DNA of 49,842 nucleotides, filler included, from Fervidicoccaceae archaeon (GCA_038734945.1; 5 parts of 5 records of this genome joined end to end with filler, not necessarily neighbours in it); one strand, 5' to 3'. Shown: positions 20,551-29,213, counted from the first letter of the whole stretch. Numbers and translations: made by a program. The notes: generated by a model from the sequence alone, not told the origin.

Positions 20551-20811
20551 TTAAAAAGCTTTTGCAAACCTGTCTAGGAATTTTCCACGAGTTAGACCGA
20601 ACCCAAACAATAGGAAAATGGAGGGTAGAATCGTAGGCGGGAAAATAAGATTAAGGATTGGTATGTTATTAGCTATCCTATTCAATATGTAAAACACAAC
20701 CGCAAACGGTATCGCTGGTGCAATTAAAATAACAATGGGAAGGTTAGCTAGGATTTTCTGCAACGAGTTCAGGCTAGTTAAGAAATTGATAATTGGAGTA
20801 GAGTTAAACAT
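20551..20811 (-). CDS. small viral membrane protein, ANLP-motif family
   Basis: Two hydrophobic segments; NSLQKILANLPIVIL resembles the motif in the 28692, 38135 and 38614 proteins. Confidence 0.6.
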   Translation of the reverse strand: MFNSTPIINFLTSLNSLQKILANLPIVILIAPAIPFAVVFYILNRIANNIPILNLIFPPTILPSIFLLFGFGLTRGKFLDRFAKAF

Positions 20812-20831
20812 GTATTAAGGCTGGTTAAATC

Positions 20832-21005
20832 ATGAGTCTGTTCTACCAAGCGCTTATCTTTACTGCTGTGTCCACGGTAGCGTACTTTCTTGCAACGAAA
20901 TCATTGAACGTACAAATTTCACTTTTGGCTATGATCTTGGGTATCAATGTCGTCAGTTTTCTTTTGACTCAAGGAATTTACAAGACTATCGTAATCAATA
21001 CGTGA
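20832..21005 (+). CDS. small two-TM viral protein (57 aa)
   Basis: Manual translation MSLFYQALIFTAVSTVAYFLATKSLNVQISLLAMILGINVVSFLLTQGIYKTIVINT; conflicts with the minus-strand ORF 20919-21113. Confidence 0.45.
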   Translation: MSLFYQALIFTAVSTVAYFLATKSLNVQISLLAMILGINVVSFLLTQGIYKTIVINT

Positions 21006-21144
21006 TAGAGCTAAAATACATGTCTCCATGATTTCAGTTTGTTTTTTCTGTGTGTAAATTTCTTTAATTAACACATACAGAGATGTTACGAGTGAGACTA
21101 ACGAGACGATCATGTATTTAACCGAGACTAAAACAGGTGACCGC

Positions 21145-21417
21145 ATGGCTACGGATATCGTAACCGTAATCGAATACTTGATAGGCGGAGCTGTCGGGAG
21201 CTTCATAATTGCCGAAATCATGAACTACTTCAACAATAGGTCGGCGGATCAGACCTTCGTTAATCTAGGTAAGGAGATGGCGGAGACCACCACGCTGGGA
21301 GTGCAAGCACTTCAAGACATATCAACCATGGCTATCTCCTCACTGGTAGGCGTCTCAGGCGTTAATGACGTAAACAATCTCGTTAAAAAGAAGGTTGAGG
21401 AACAAAAAGCTAGCTAA
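21145..21417 (+). CDS. viral membrane-anchored protein (90 aa)
   Basis: GGTGA RBS before ATG 21145; N-terminal hydrophobic helix; T-rich terminator-like tract after the stop. Confidence 0.7.
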   Translation: MATDIVTVIEYLIGGAVGSFIIAEIMNYFNNRSADQTFVNLGKEMAETTTLGVQALQDISTMAISSLVGVSGVNDVNNLVKKKVEEQKAS

Positions 21418-21448
21418 ACACTAGATCATTTTTGTTTTTTCTTAATTC

Positions 21449-21598
21449 ATGGATCTCGGGTTTATCGCTATCATTATTTCAATTCTGTCAATTTCATTTG
21501 ACATAATTTTTACAATAGAAGCGAAGAAAGCACTAGATGCTCTTTCCTTTATAGTTCAACAGAATGACGAAGATGATGAAAACCGGGCGTATATGTAA
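21449..21598 (+). CDS. small single-TM viral protein (49 aa)
   Basis: Manual translation MDLGFIAIIISILSISFDIIFTIEAKKALDALSFIVQQNDEDDENRAYM. Confidence 0.5.
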   Translation: MDLGFIAIIISILSISFDIIFTIEAKKALDALSFIVQQNDEDDENRAYM

Positions 21599-21660
21599 TG
21601 TCAAAACTTCAAATACTAAAAGAAGTAATTCGTTTTTTAAAAAATAATGCTTTGTATTTT

Positions 21661-21933
21661 TTAGTGTTTGGTGACGCTGGTGCTATTCTCCTTCTGTATC
21701 TGCTGATTAAGCATCTTCGTCAATCTCGTGAAAGTGATAACGCATCTAACTAACTCGTCGATCTGTTGACCCTTATCGAACCGTTTAACGCTTTTGGGCT
21801 TTACGGGAACGGGTGGAAGCGTTGAGTAATGAACTAGACGTCTATCTTGCTCTCGTTCTGTGTTTTCAAAACATTGATCTATGACCTCTCCTGTCGATGT
21901 ATCAATCAGAAACCCGCCGTCACACACTGTCAT
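21661..21933 (-). CDS. viral protein with a TFB N-terminal Zn-ribbon-like segment
   Basis: VCDGGFLIDTSTGEVIDQCFE resembles the crenarchaeal TFB ribbon GEYICxETGEV. Confidence 0.5.
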   Translation of the reverse strand: MTVCDGGFLIDTSTGEVIDQCFENTEREQDRRLVHYSTLPPVPVKPKSVKRFDKGQQIDELVRCVITFTRLTKMLNQQIQKENSTSVTKH

Positions 21934-22156
21934 TAGTACAACCCTCTGTTATCTTTCTAACTAGTTCTTGAACCTTTTGATTGGGATACGTTTCGATCTT
22001 TTTGATTGTATCCAGTATAAGGTCACACTCGTTACGATGAGTCAGAAGAAGGTAGCCCGCCAACAAATCCGCTACAACTGAAATTAATGCTGGTTGTTCC
22101 ATCATGTACTGTGCCAGTTCGTCTATTAGGTCATACACATCATCCGCTACTGTCAT
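21920..22156 (-). CDS. viral hypothetical protein (78 aa)
   Basis: Overlapping operon arrangement; helical acidic protein. Confidence 0.65.
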   Translation of the reverse strand: MTVADDVYDLIDELAQYMMEQPALISVVADLLAGYLLLTHRNECDLILDTIKKIETYPNQKVQELVRKITEGCTNDSV

Positions 22157-22253
22157 TAATCTCGCCTACTATTTTATCTACTATCTTTAACAATTTCTTA
22201 ACTTCTTGCAAAAGCTCGATTATGTCGTCGATCTTATCTATGTCAGATCCCAT
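22140..22253 (-). CDS. small coiled-coil viral protein (37 aa)
   Basis: Manual translation MGSDIDKIDDIIELLQEVKKLLKIVDKIVGEINDSSG; bridges two operon genes, GAGG RBS. Confidence 0.5.
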   Translation of the reverse strand: MGSDIDKIDDIIELLQEVKKLLKIVDKIVGEINDSSG

Positions 22254-23128
22254 TTTATCGCCTCAGTGACATGTTGGAACTTGAACTTTAATTCATCTGG
22301 ATTTAAGTAGTCTTTCAAATTGGAAAAGTGGTTAAGTTCGTTGTACATTTTCTTAACGTCGTGATGTTTATCCTCTAAGTTCACTAATGTGTCTACAAAG
22401 CTGTAAGGATCTACTTCGTTGTGGAAAAAATTAAGTCTAGACCTTACGTCACGATATGATGCTTTAATAGGCACACCTAGATCGTATAATTGACTGAGTA
22501 AATGAAACTCGTGAGCGTCTAGGTAGATAGCTGGTGTGTTACATGACGCTGATTCAATGAGGGGAAGATAAGGAGACTCTGAATGTGACATAGCCAACAG
22601 GTAGCGAGCCGAACAAAGGAGCTTAAAGTACTGTTCATCGGGCGGTGTACCGTATAGGTATTGCCATCGCCCGGTATGGATAACATGATAACCCAATTGC
22701 TCCGCTACATGTCCCCAGTAATGACCTTTCCTGTCATAGTCCCGCTCCGAAATGCCGGCAATGAATAAGTGACTCTGATGAGGCTGTTCAGGTAACTCGG
22801 GGACAATGTGAGGATGGTAATAAACATATTTGCGCATTATGTGATGATTCCACAAAGACGGCGTTAAGATGATTACACCCTTATCTAACATTTTCTTTAC
22901 TCTGTCCACGTTAAAATTCAATGTAGCGGTATCACATACCGCAATGTTAACCTTACCGGGATAAATTTTCATTTCCTGAATTCTGCTAAAGGTAGTATAA
23001 TAAACGTGAATGTCCGCATTAGGATTGTTCTCACTGCACTCTAGTCCTATCTGCTTACAGATCTGTAACTGTCTGTTTATCAAGTAGCGATAACTTCCCG
23101 CCTTCATCCACGTACTGAATGATATCAT
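22238..23128 (-). CDS. glycosyltransferase (GT-B fold, GT4-like)
   Basis: TPS, DRKG, and the EX7E motif SHSESPYLPLIESASCNTPAI. Confidence 0.85.
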   Translation of the reverse strand: MISFSTWMKAGSYRYLINRQLQICKQIGLECSENNPNADIHVYYTTFSRIQEMKIYPGKVNIAVCDTATLNFNVDRVKKMLDKGVIILTPSLWNHHIMRKYVYYHPHIVPELPEQPHQSHLFIAGISERDYDRKGHYWGHVAEQLGYHVIHTGRWQYLYGTPPDEQYFKLLCSARYLLAMSHSESPYLPLIESASCNTPAIYLDAHEFHLLSQLYDLGVPIKASYRDVRSRLNFFHNEVDPYSFVDTLVNLEDKHHDVKKMYNELNHFSNLKDYLNPDELKFKFQHVTEAIKWDLT

Positions 23129-23169
23129 AACATGTCATCACGTTACTAATTTATAACTCTTGCTAAATC

Positions 23170-23334
23170 ATGTCATTACTACTAGACGCTGACGTTGTTC
23201 TTCTGATGATAAATCTAATCTCTGCTCTTTACACTCCGTTATCTTCTAGATTCTCGTTGAACTTTAAGACCGTTGCACTTCTAGCTTTCATTGCTCTCGT
23301 TGATGTTGTTATCATAAAGCTAGTGGGTGCTTAA
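23170..23334 (+). CDS. small two-TM viral protein (54 aa)
   Basis: Manual translation MSLLLDADVVLLMINLISALYTPLSSRFSLNFKTVALLAFIALVDVVIIKLVGA; TTTATAA box about 20 nt upstream. Confidence 0.55.
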   Translation: MSLLLDADVVLLMINLISALYTPLSSRFSLNFKTVALLAFIALVDVVIIKLVGA

Positions 23335-23578
23335 CGTGAAAATTGACGAAGTTCTAGAACTCATAGGTAAGGCTGTGCTGTCTAGGGAAACGGTTGAAGC
23401 GAAGGCTAAGCTTTGCGATTACATCACAGTCATTAACTTTATGCAAAAGAATTATCAATACTGTAGTTACGATGATGATTGTAAAACGTTTTCATGTAGA
23501 TTAGATAATTTCATCATAATGGCACATTACGATCGTGATAAGCTAAAGATAAGCGCACACTTCACGGTAAAAGTTTAA
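23327..23578 (+). CDS. viral hypothetical protein (83 aa)
   Basis: ORF in the plus-strand cluster. Confidence 0.6.
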   Translation: MLNVKIDEVLELIGKAVLSRETVEAKAKLCDYITVINFMQKNYQYCSYDDDCKTFSCRLDNFIIMAHYDRDKLKISAHFTVKV

Positions 23579-23603
23579 ATACCTCTTTTATCCATTTTCA
23601 TTT

Positions 23604-23996
23604 ATGGCAAAACAAATAGTCGTTTCGGATTCGGCGGAGCTTGTTTTTAAGCTCTTCGAAAGATACGAAGGTAAGAAGTGGGTGGACTATTTTGACAAAA
23701 CCATAAACATCGATGACTATCTTAAGTATTGGGAAGATACAACTATCTTTAGCACCGTGTTATTTAGACATCTATCTGGGCTTGAGCCTCTAGATTCTAT
23801 AGATAAGATCGCTGACTTAGTCACGCTAGTAGTTATCAATGACGATCCTGTAAATTCGTTATGGGACTGTGAACGCTTTGGTATTAACGTACCGTTTTAC
23901 ATCATGATGAGGGAACACTTGCTATCAATTGTTAAAAAGTTTAAGAATGCCAAAGTTGTGACTTACACTGAATATCTTAAGGGGGACTTTGCATGA
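23604..23996 (+). CDS. viral hypothetical protein (130 aa)
   Basis: TTTAAATA box upstream; ATGA coupling to the next gene. Confidence 0.72.
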   Translation: MAKQIVVSDSAELVFKLFERYEGKKWVDYFDKTINIDDYLKYWEDTTIFSTVLFRHLSGLEPLDSIDKIADLVTLVVINDDPVNSLWDCERFGINVPFYIMMREHLLSIVKKFKNAKVVTYTEYLKGDFA

Positions 23997-24412
23997 TAGT
24001 AGAAGCGATTAATCCTAACAGTCCTAAACGTGTTATCTACGAAGGCATGCCCGCCACGGTGAAAAAATATCTTGACTCTAAAAAGATCAAATACGAGCGT
24101 GTACCCAACGGGTTTGATCAAACTGTGTTATTCTTTGAGGGTAACCCCCAGGTTGTATGGGGTGACTTGTTCGTGAGAAGTTACTACAACCCTAAGTTTC
24201 TAAAATACGTTGCTAGGTTCTACCCTTCATTTGATGCTGTGTACTTGATTATGCCCCATAGCGCCAATGAGATCTTAGATGAACAGGCTAGTATGGATTT
24301 GCCACTTCAGGCATTCATTAGCATTTACAAATATGTAGATAGGGCAACTAAGGCTTACTTAAACACTCATTTTAACGCATATCCCCTGTTAGTGTCGGAA
24401 GAAGACCATTAG
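23993..24412 (+). CDS. viral hypothetical protein (139 aa)
   Basis: Coupled ORF with GGGGG RBS. Confidence 0.72.
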   Translation: MIVEAINPNSPKRVIYEGMPATVKKYLDSKKIKYERVPNGFDQTVLFFEGNPQVVWGDLFVRSYYNPKFLKYVARFYPSFDAVYLIMPHSANEILDEQASMDLPLQAFISIYKYVDRATKAYLNTHFNAYPLLVSEEDH

Positions 24413-24447
24413 AAAAGTTTTTTAATCGCTTTAACTACTTCTTAATT

Positions 24448-24747
24448 ATGTCCCAAAAACCAATAGTTTCCATAAACACAAACGAAAAGGCATTTTTTGG
24501 TTGGGTTTTGTCTCAACTTGAGAACCTTCCCGAAGTGGGAGAAGACGAGTTTAGAAACAAAACTAACCACTATTTTATAGACGTAAAGATTAGAGAGCCA
24601 CAAGATAAGATTATTATCGAACGATCTGGAAACTATCTAGTAGCATTCATCTATTCTACCTGTGACTCGTTCGTGTGCGCAAAGATCGTTTTGCCTAAAA
24701 TGATGAAAAAAATAATTGAGGAAATAATGGAATGGGAAAAGGACTAA
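24448..24747 (+). CDS. viral hypothetical protein, paralog of 46624-46914
   Basis: FFGWVLSQLENLPEVGEDE vs FFDWVIKMINEIPDAGQKE. Confidence 0.72.
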   Translation: MSQKPIVSINTNEKAFFGWVLSQLENLPEVGEDEFRNKTNHYFIDVKIREPQDKIIIERSGNYLVAFIYSTCDSFVCAKIVLPKMMKKIIEEIMEWEKD

Positions 24748-25214
24748 AGTAAGTCATCGTCTTTTTTATCATCCTGTTTATCTTCTTGTTCGTTATTGTT
24801 CATTAACATATCTACGTTAGTTGACTTGTTAGTTAGTAATGAGACTAGTGGCAATAAGTTATTTATGAGTCTCGATACACTAGGATCATTAAGCAATCTC
24901 AGGATGGTATCAACAACGTCCTGTTTTGTGCCAAACAAGTTGCTCATCAAGTTGGCGGTTGTCTTAAACGTCATCGCCTGTCTGTTCATGAATTCAGTTT
25001 GGATTGCAAACCAACTAGGTAGTTTCATCGCTAGCAAGTCCATTAACGCCAACACTTGCTGACCGTTGACGTAACGCAAGTTGTACGTTTGTATCATTTC
25101 CCTAGCTAACGAGATTATGACATCCATTTCTTTCAGGTTTTTCTCCTTCGCAAGACTAGTTATGAACTGGATTTCCTCAGGTGTAAAGTACTTCTCAAGT
25201 TGCATTTTGATCAT
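24744..25214 (-). CDS. viral protein, possible N-terminal ribbon-helix-helix DNA-binding domain
   Basis: YFTPEEIQFITSLAKEKNLKEMDVIISLAREMI fits the RHH helix pattern; acidic tail. Confidence 0.6.
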   Translation of the reverse strand: MIKMQLEKYFTPEEIQFITSLAKEKNLKEMDVIISLAREMIQTYNLRYVNGQQVLALMDLLAMKLPSWFAIQTEFMNRQAMTFKTTANLMSNLFGTKQDVVDTILRLLNDPSVSRLINNLLPLVSLLTNKSTNVDMLMNNNEQEDKQDDKKDDDLL

Positions 25215-25536
25215 CTAGTGCCTTTTTGATGAATTCATCTAATGTCATCTCTGGGTGTAGCCTCTTTACTGCTTTATCCAAAAACTTAACCAAGTACATT
25301 AGATCAACCTCCTCAAACTGATTTAGAACGTTAGGCGGTTTAGACTGTGAGATGATACCCACTAATAAGCCATATGAATTATCATCAAATTTAGCGGTCA
25401 TTGCGAACTCTGTGATGTTATTTTCCAAAAACGAGAGATTAATACCCTTAAGTTGGGGCATCGAAAGGAAGGGTTTTAACTTGTTAAGTGTATCCTTCGA
25501 GACTAACGCATCCTTCATAACATCAAGTAGTGACAA
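25195..25536 (-). CDS. viral hypothetical protein (113 aa)
   Basis: Divergent from the structural operon, sharing an AT-rich promoter region (TATTTAAAA). Confidence 0.68.
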   Translation of the reverse strand: MSLLDVMKDALVSKDTLNKLKPFLSMPQLKGINLSFLENNITEFAMTAKFDDNSYGLLVGIISQSKPPNVLNQFEEVDLMYLVKFLDKAVKRLHPEMTLDEFIKKALDDQNAT

Positions 25537-25582
25537 GTAACTAAAAGTGTGCTACACTATACTATTTAAAATGAAATAAGTT

Positions 25583-25990
25583 ATGGCAAGGCATAAGCCG
25601 AAAAAGACGAGTAAACTAATTTTCCCTGCAAACTGGACGGGACGATGGTTGTATGACGCTGTTGTTGCAACTCCAAAGTGGCAAGTCAATTCGTTTTTAG
25701 GAGCGCCACAGTATGCGCAATGGATTGACTACTTTTCAAGGATTAACGGTCTACAGTTAGCTCCTAAGACTAACGCTGATACTAACTTCATGAGGTCGTT
25801 ACAAGTGGGTTTGGTTACTAGCCAGATAGCGCAAGAGTACGAGAACACTAAAGTTAAACAATCAATGGATGAAAAGGCAAAGGAGCTTGAAAGACTGTTA
25901 GCTACTCCAGTGGTAAGTCAAGTAATGAATAATACTATCTCAAAGATAGGAAACTCGCCCATTATGGTGAGGCAAGAGGTAGGTGAGTGA
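25583..25990 (+). CDS. putative virion nucleoprotein/structural protein (basic N-terminus)
   Basis: MARHKPKKTSK start, first gene of a long plus-strand operon behind a TTTAAA box; structural role inferred. Confidence 0.55.
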   Translation: MARHKPKKTSKLIFPANWTGRWLYDAVVATPKWQVNSFLGAPQYAQWIDYFSRINGLQLAPKTNADTNFMRSLQVGLVTSQIAQEYENTKVKQSMDEKAKELERLLATPVVSQVMNNTISKIGNSPIMVRQEVGE

Positions 25991-26219
25991 ATTGACGTTC
26001 GAATCTCTTAGATCAGTTTTAACGCCCGAAACGCTTATAGGTATAGTGAGCGGTGCGCTGGCACTAAAATTATCACACCAGAGATTAATAGCTATAGCGC
26101 TAATCGTAGCCTCACTCTTTATCTCTAACCCGCTTCTGGCAACCGTCGCATCAATCGTTACGGTAGACCTTCTAGTTAATTTAATTGCACCTAAAATAGG
26201 GGTGTCCATGAGTGGCTAG
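25983..26219 (+). CDS. viral membrane protein (78 aa)
   Basis: Hydrophobic; GAGGT RBS; coupled. Confidence 0.65.
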   Translation: MSELTFESLRSVLTPETLIGIVSGALALKLSHQRLIAIALIVASLFISNPLLATVASIVTVDLLVNLIAPKIGVSMSG

Positions 26220-26718
26220 GAGAAAGAGCAAAGCCCTAAGAGTATCCGTTAATCCGTCTGCGGTTCAGAATTACGTAATCGGCGTTGCGTTAGGTGCTGA
26301 TAAATACATTGAAGGTTTGCTAAGAGGAGCTACCCTTTATAACGCCTGGGTAGACCAGGAGATCGCCCTGCAAGGCAAGGAGATTGGCGAATACAGAGAA
26401 GATGCCCTTAGGGACTATCTAACTACTCATCATCTTAATGTATTAGATGTAGAGAACACCATTAGGTCATGTGTAAACAATAATTTCACTTCGCCAGAGT
26501 GTAGGGAGATAAATGATTTGGTCGAAAAGACTAACTACAAGAGACTGAGAAACACCGATAGGTACATGATAGAAGCCGGCGATAAGTACAGGGCTGTCAA
26601 AGGAGATTACTATCAGTCCGCATCTCCTGCGTATGGGCTAGCGATTTTATCGTCATATCCCACAACCCAAGTTAGTGAACAACTAGGTAACATCCTGAAG
26701 AGTAAGGTGAGAACATGA
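26212..26718 (+). CDS. putative major virion (nucleocapsid) protein, basic N-terminus
   Basis: MARRKSKALR start, helical 168 aa, embedded among membrane-protein genes; function inferred. Confidence 0.55.
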   Translation: MARRKSKALRVSVNPSAVQNYVIGVALGADKYIEGLLRGATLYNAWVDQEIALQGKEIGEYREDALRDYLTTHHLNVLDVENTIRSCVNNNFTSPECREINDLVEKTNYKRLRNTDRYMIEAGDKYRAVKGDYYQSASPAYGLAILSSYPTTQVSEQLGNILKSKVRT

Positions 26719-26978
26719 GCGTACTGACTACACAGCGTCCTGACATTCCATTAGCCAGTAGCGAAATAATCTATGCTGTCATAACCGCTATCATAGTTGC
26801 AATAATGAATAACTACTTAGCTGGTGTATCGCCTTTCTACATGATCATCATAGGTATAGCTCTAATTGCACTCGCAAAAGGTGAATTTATTGGCGGGATA
26901 TTGAGATCACTGGGACTATACTTGTCTGCATACGGAATTGCTAAAGTAATAGATCAAAGGGTTCAAGTCTCCCTTTAG
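26715..26978 (+). CDS. viral membrane protein (87 aa, about 3 TM)
   Basis: Hydrophobic; GGTGA RBS; ATGA overlap. Confidence 0.7.
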   Translation: MSVLTTQRPDIPLASSEIIYAVITAIIVAIMNNYLAGVSPFYMIIIGIALIALAKGEFIGGILRSLGLYLSAYGIAKVIDQRVQVSL

Positions 26979-26987
26979 GGGAGTATA

Positions 26988-27146
26988 ATGAAAAAGATTT
27001 TTTTGATTCTGTTAGGTTTAGCTCTTCTTGGTTTCGCTTTAGCTTTTCGGTTTAAAATTAATGTAAGAAATGGCGGGTCGTGTAACATATCACGTTATCA
27101 GGCAATGCTAGCACAGGTTCAGGACTCAGAAAGTGACTACTTATGA
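26988..27146 (+). CDS. small signal-anchored viral protein (52 aa)
   Basis: Manual translation MKKIFLILLGLALLGFALAFRFKINVRNGGSCNISRYQAMLAQVQDSESDYL; GGGGAG RBS. Confidence 0.6.
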   Translation: MKKIFLILLGLALLGFALAFRFKINVRNGGSCNISRYQAMLAQVQDSESDYL

Positions 27147-27319
27147 AAGTATACGATTGTCATGGCTATTTTGTAATGGAAGACGATAAAACCTACTTTT
27201 GCGAAAAAACTCCTCCGTCTCCTAACGCTCGATGGGTACAACTCTCGCTTTTTAACTCCATTTTCTGCGTTCCATCCTCAACCACACACGTGCGTGCTGA
27301 CTGCAAGAGACTATTTTAA
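27143..27319 (+). CDS. small Cys-containing viral protein (58 aa)
   Basis: Manual translation MKVYDCHGYFVMEDDKTYFCEKTPPSPNARWVQLSLFNSIFCVPSSTTHVRADCKRLF; ATGA coupling. Confidence 0.55.
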   Translation: MKVYDCHGYFVMEDDKTYFCEKTPPSPNARWVQLSLFNSIFCVPSSTTHVRADCKRLF

Positions 27320-27331
27320 GCTTACTAAGAC

Positions 27332-27517
27332 ATGTACGGCAAAACCGATATGTACATAATTCTGTTCATATTAGCTTTGGTAGCCACGCTATACGTTACG
27401 GGCTATTTGGGAAGTACCCAAAACTTGTTAATAATGATGATAGTAGCATTCATTGGTATCGTGCTATTAAATCAATACCAAGAAAATAAGATAATGGCGA
27501 AAGAAGTAGTAGCGTGA
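27332..27517 (+). CDS. viral two-TM protein (61 aa)
   Basis: Hydrophobic ORF in the operon. Confidence 0.65.
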   Translation: MYGKTDMYIILFILALVATLYVTGYLGSTQNLLIMMIVAFIGIVLLNQYQENKIMAKEVVA

Positions 27518-27524
27518 CCTACCA

Positions 27525-27788
27525 ATGTCCTTTTTTGTTGACGTAGGTGTATATGCGATTTTTTTCGTTTTAGCTAGTTCTACGGCTTATCTTCTAAAAT
27601 CTAGATTTCCCAATGTTAATGGGCGTCTGTTACAGGGCATTATAATCTTGGTTGCTGGTTACGGGTTGAGTGCGCTAGGTACAGGTATAGCTGGCGATAC
27701 AATAACGATAGGCGGATTACTTACTGCGATAACGGGAGCCTTCGCCCAAGTGGCTCAATCTGTTCCCGCACTGGGGTGGTTAAGATGA
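27525..27788 (+). CDS. viral membrane protein (87 aa)
   Basis: Hydrophobic, Gly-rich helices. Confidence 0.68.
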   Translation: MSFFVDVGVYAIFFVLASSTAYLLKSRFPNVNGRLLQGIIILVAGYGLSALGTGIAGDTITIGGLLTAITGAFAQVAQSVPALGWLR

Positions 27789-28093
27789 TCACTAGCCTAG
27801 GTTTCTCAAACGCAAATCTTGACACAGTATCTATAGCGTCTCTTCTAATCGTTTATGTTATCTCATCGGCGTCCGCCACAGGTATTACGAAAGTATCTAA
27901 CCTAGGACATGGTTACTTTAGGCTCATTCAGTTCGCTGTGGCAAGCGTCATTACATATTTCATCTCGTTAGTTACCGAAACCGGTGGTATGCTATCGGGT
28001 CTGTTGACGGTATTGCTGGTAGAGGGTATTCTGAACTTCTTAGCTTACAAGCTTAATCTAGGCGCACTTGTGGATCCGGACTATTCAGGGTGA
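27785..28093 (+). CDS. viral membrane protein (about 102 aa)
   Basis: Three hydrophobic segments; ATGA overlap with the previous gene. Confidence 0.68.
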   Translation: MITSLGFSNANLDTVSIASLLIVYVISSASATGITKVSNLGHGYFRLIQFAVASVITYFISLVTETGGMLSGLLTVLLVEGILNFLAYKLNLGALVDPDYSG

Positions 28094-28097
28094 GGAT

Positions 28098-28199
28098 ATG
28101 GACAATGTCCTAGTAGCTTTCCTAGTGCTTCTAGTGTTTCTGGTAGTGTTATACGTTTACCTATACCCACGATCAAGCTATAACGTTTTTTCGCTGTGA
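28098..28199 (+). CDS. single-TM micro-protein (33 aa), related to 39881-40003
   Basis: MDNVLVAFLVLLVFLVVLYVYLYPRSSYNVFSL; GGTGA RBS. Confidence 0.55.
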   Translation: MDNVLVAFLVLLVFLVVLYVYLYPRSSYNVFSL

Positions 28200-28203
28200 A
28201 ACC

Positions 28204-28368
28204 ATGGCTGAAATTATTCAAGATATCATAAAGATAGTTATTCAAGTAGCAAAGTATACGTTAGTACCACTCATCAAGCACACATTAGAAGGATTCTTTT
28301 ACGCCATGATGGCATTCTTACGTTATGCTAATGACATCACTAGGCGGTTAATGGTACTGATAAGATAG
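28204..28368 (+). CDS. small amphipathic protein (54 aa), paralog of 40008-40193
   Basis: GFFYAMMAFLRYANDITRRL vs GIFYDVMASFRYVNDITRRV. Confidence 0.65.
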   Translation: MAEIIQDIIKIVIQVAKYTLVPLIKHTLEGFFYAMMAFLRYANDITRRLMVLIR

Positions 28369-28400
28369 TACACATAAGATTATTAACATGATTTTCACAT

Positions 28401-28679
28401 ATGCGTGTCACGGTTGGCGCTCATTCGTTTTTGATTACAACGGAAGAACCAGACCACGGTTTGATATCCAGATGTTGCGGTAAACTGAATCCTGCATTTG
28501 TCAAGGCAATCGAGGAAGAAAACCTAGACTTTATCTACTTACCTAGATATGACCCTAACGCACCCGAGAGATGCGTTTACGTTACAATTGAACAGAATAC
28601 TAAGATCATTAAGGACTATTGGTTCTGCCACGTTTTTAACTTGCTACGAGAATATCGCAATTTCTTAGAAGTTCATTAA
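28401..28679 (+). CDS. viral hypothetical protein (92 aa)
   Basis: ORF in the plus-strand cluster. Confidence 0.65.
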   Translation: MRVTVGAHSFLITTEEPDHGLISRCCGKLNPAFVKAIEEENLDFIYLPRYDPNAPERCVYVTIEQNTKIIKDYWFCHVFNLLREYRNFLEVH

Positions 28680-28691
28680 CTGTCATAAGTC

Positions 28692-28922
28692 ATGCTAAGT
28701 GATATTGTTAACGCTATTGAGTCCTTTGATAATGCCATCTCTGAGTATAGACAGAAAACTTATCAAGCGTGTGAGATACTTCCGCCAGTGAACTCTGTAC
28801 CCTCGCTATTCGCTAATCTTCCTGTTATTATCCTGTACATCATTACGTTACCCATACGTTTCCTTTTATGTCCATTACTTAACACAATAGGAAACCCATT
28901 ATGTTTGCTTTACAATTTAGTC
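28692..28922 (+). CDS. Cys-rich membrane protein, partial; allele of 38135-38617
   Basis: 60 of 77 residues identical to the 160-aa protein by manual alignment. Confidence 0.75.
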
Positions 28923-29022
28923 NNNNNNNNNNNNNNNNNNNNNNNNNNNNNNNNNNNNNNNNNNNNTTAATTAATTAANNNNNNNNNNNNNNNNNNNNNN
29001 NNNNNNNNNNNNNNNNNNNNNN
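28923..29022. other. artificial contig spacer
   Basis: N-run, TTAATTAATTAA, N-run. Confidence 0.98.
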
Positions 29023-29212
29023 CTGGAAAGATCAGGGCCGCTCCAACCGCCATTATAAGAATTCCAAGAATGAAGAATGTCAGTTTTCCGGAGAAAATAA
29101 TATAGATGCTGATGGCGCTTCCTGCTACTATTATAGCTACTGAAGAAATATCTATTAATTTGTATACAAATGGCTTTGGTTTTATTTTTGTTTCGTATAT
29201 TTCCTGCGGCAT
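29023..29212 (-). CDS. membrane protein, partial (cut by the contig end)
   Basis: MPQEIYETK... with two TM segments; its ATG is 1 nt outside the IS right end. Confidence 0.5.
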
Positions 29213-29213
29213 A

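Larger units (their letters stand above)
17959..28922. mobile_element. archaeal virus contig, probable left arm of an Ampullaviridae-like linear genome
   Basis: AT-rich, dense small orphan ORFs, glycosyltransferase, Cas4-like nuclease; shares 195 bp with contig E and its end is homologous to the start of contig D. Confidence 0.85.

Noticed and set aside
17959..28922. CRISPR array or mini-array near the Cas4-like gene
   Set aside because: No regularly spaced 24-40-nt repeats seen here or elsewhere in the window, and no other cas genes
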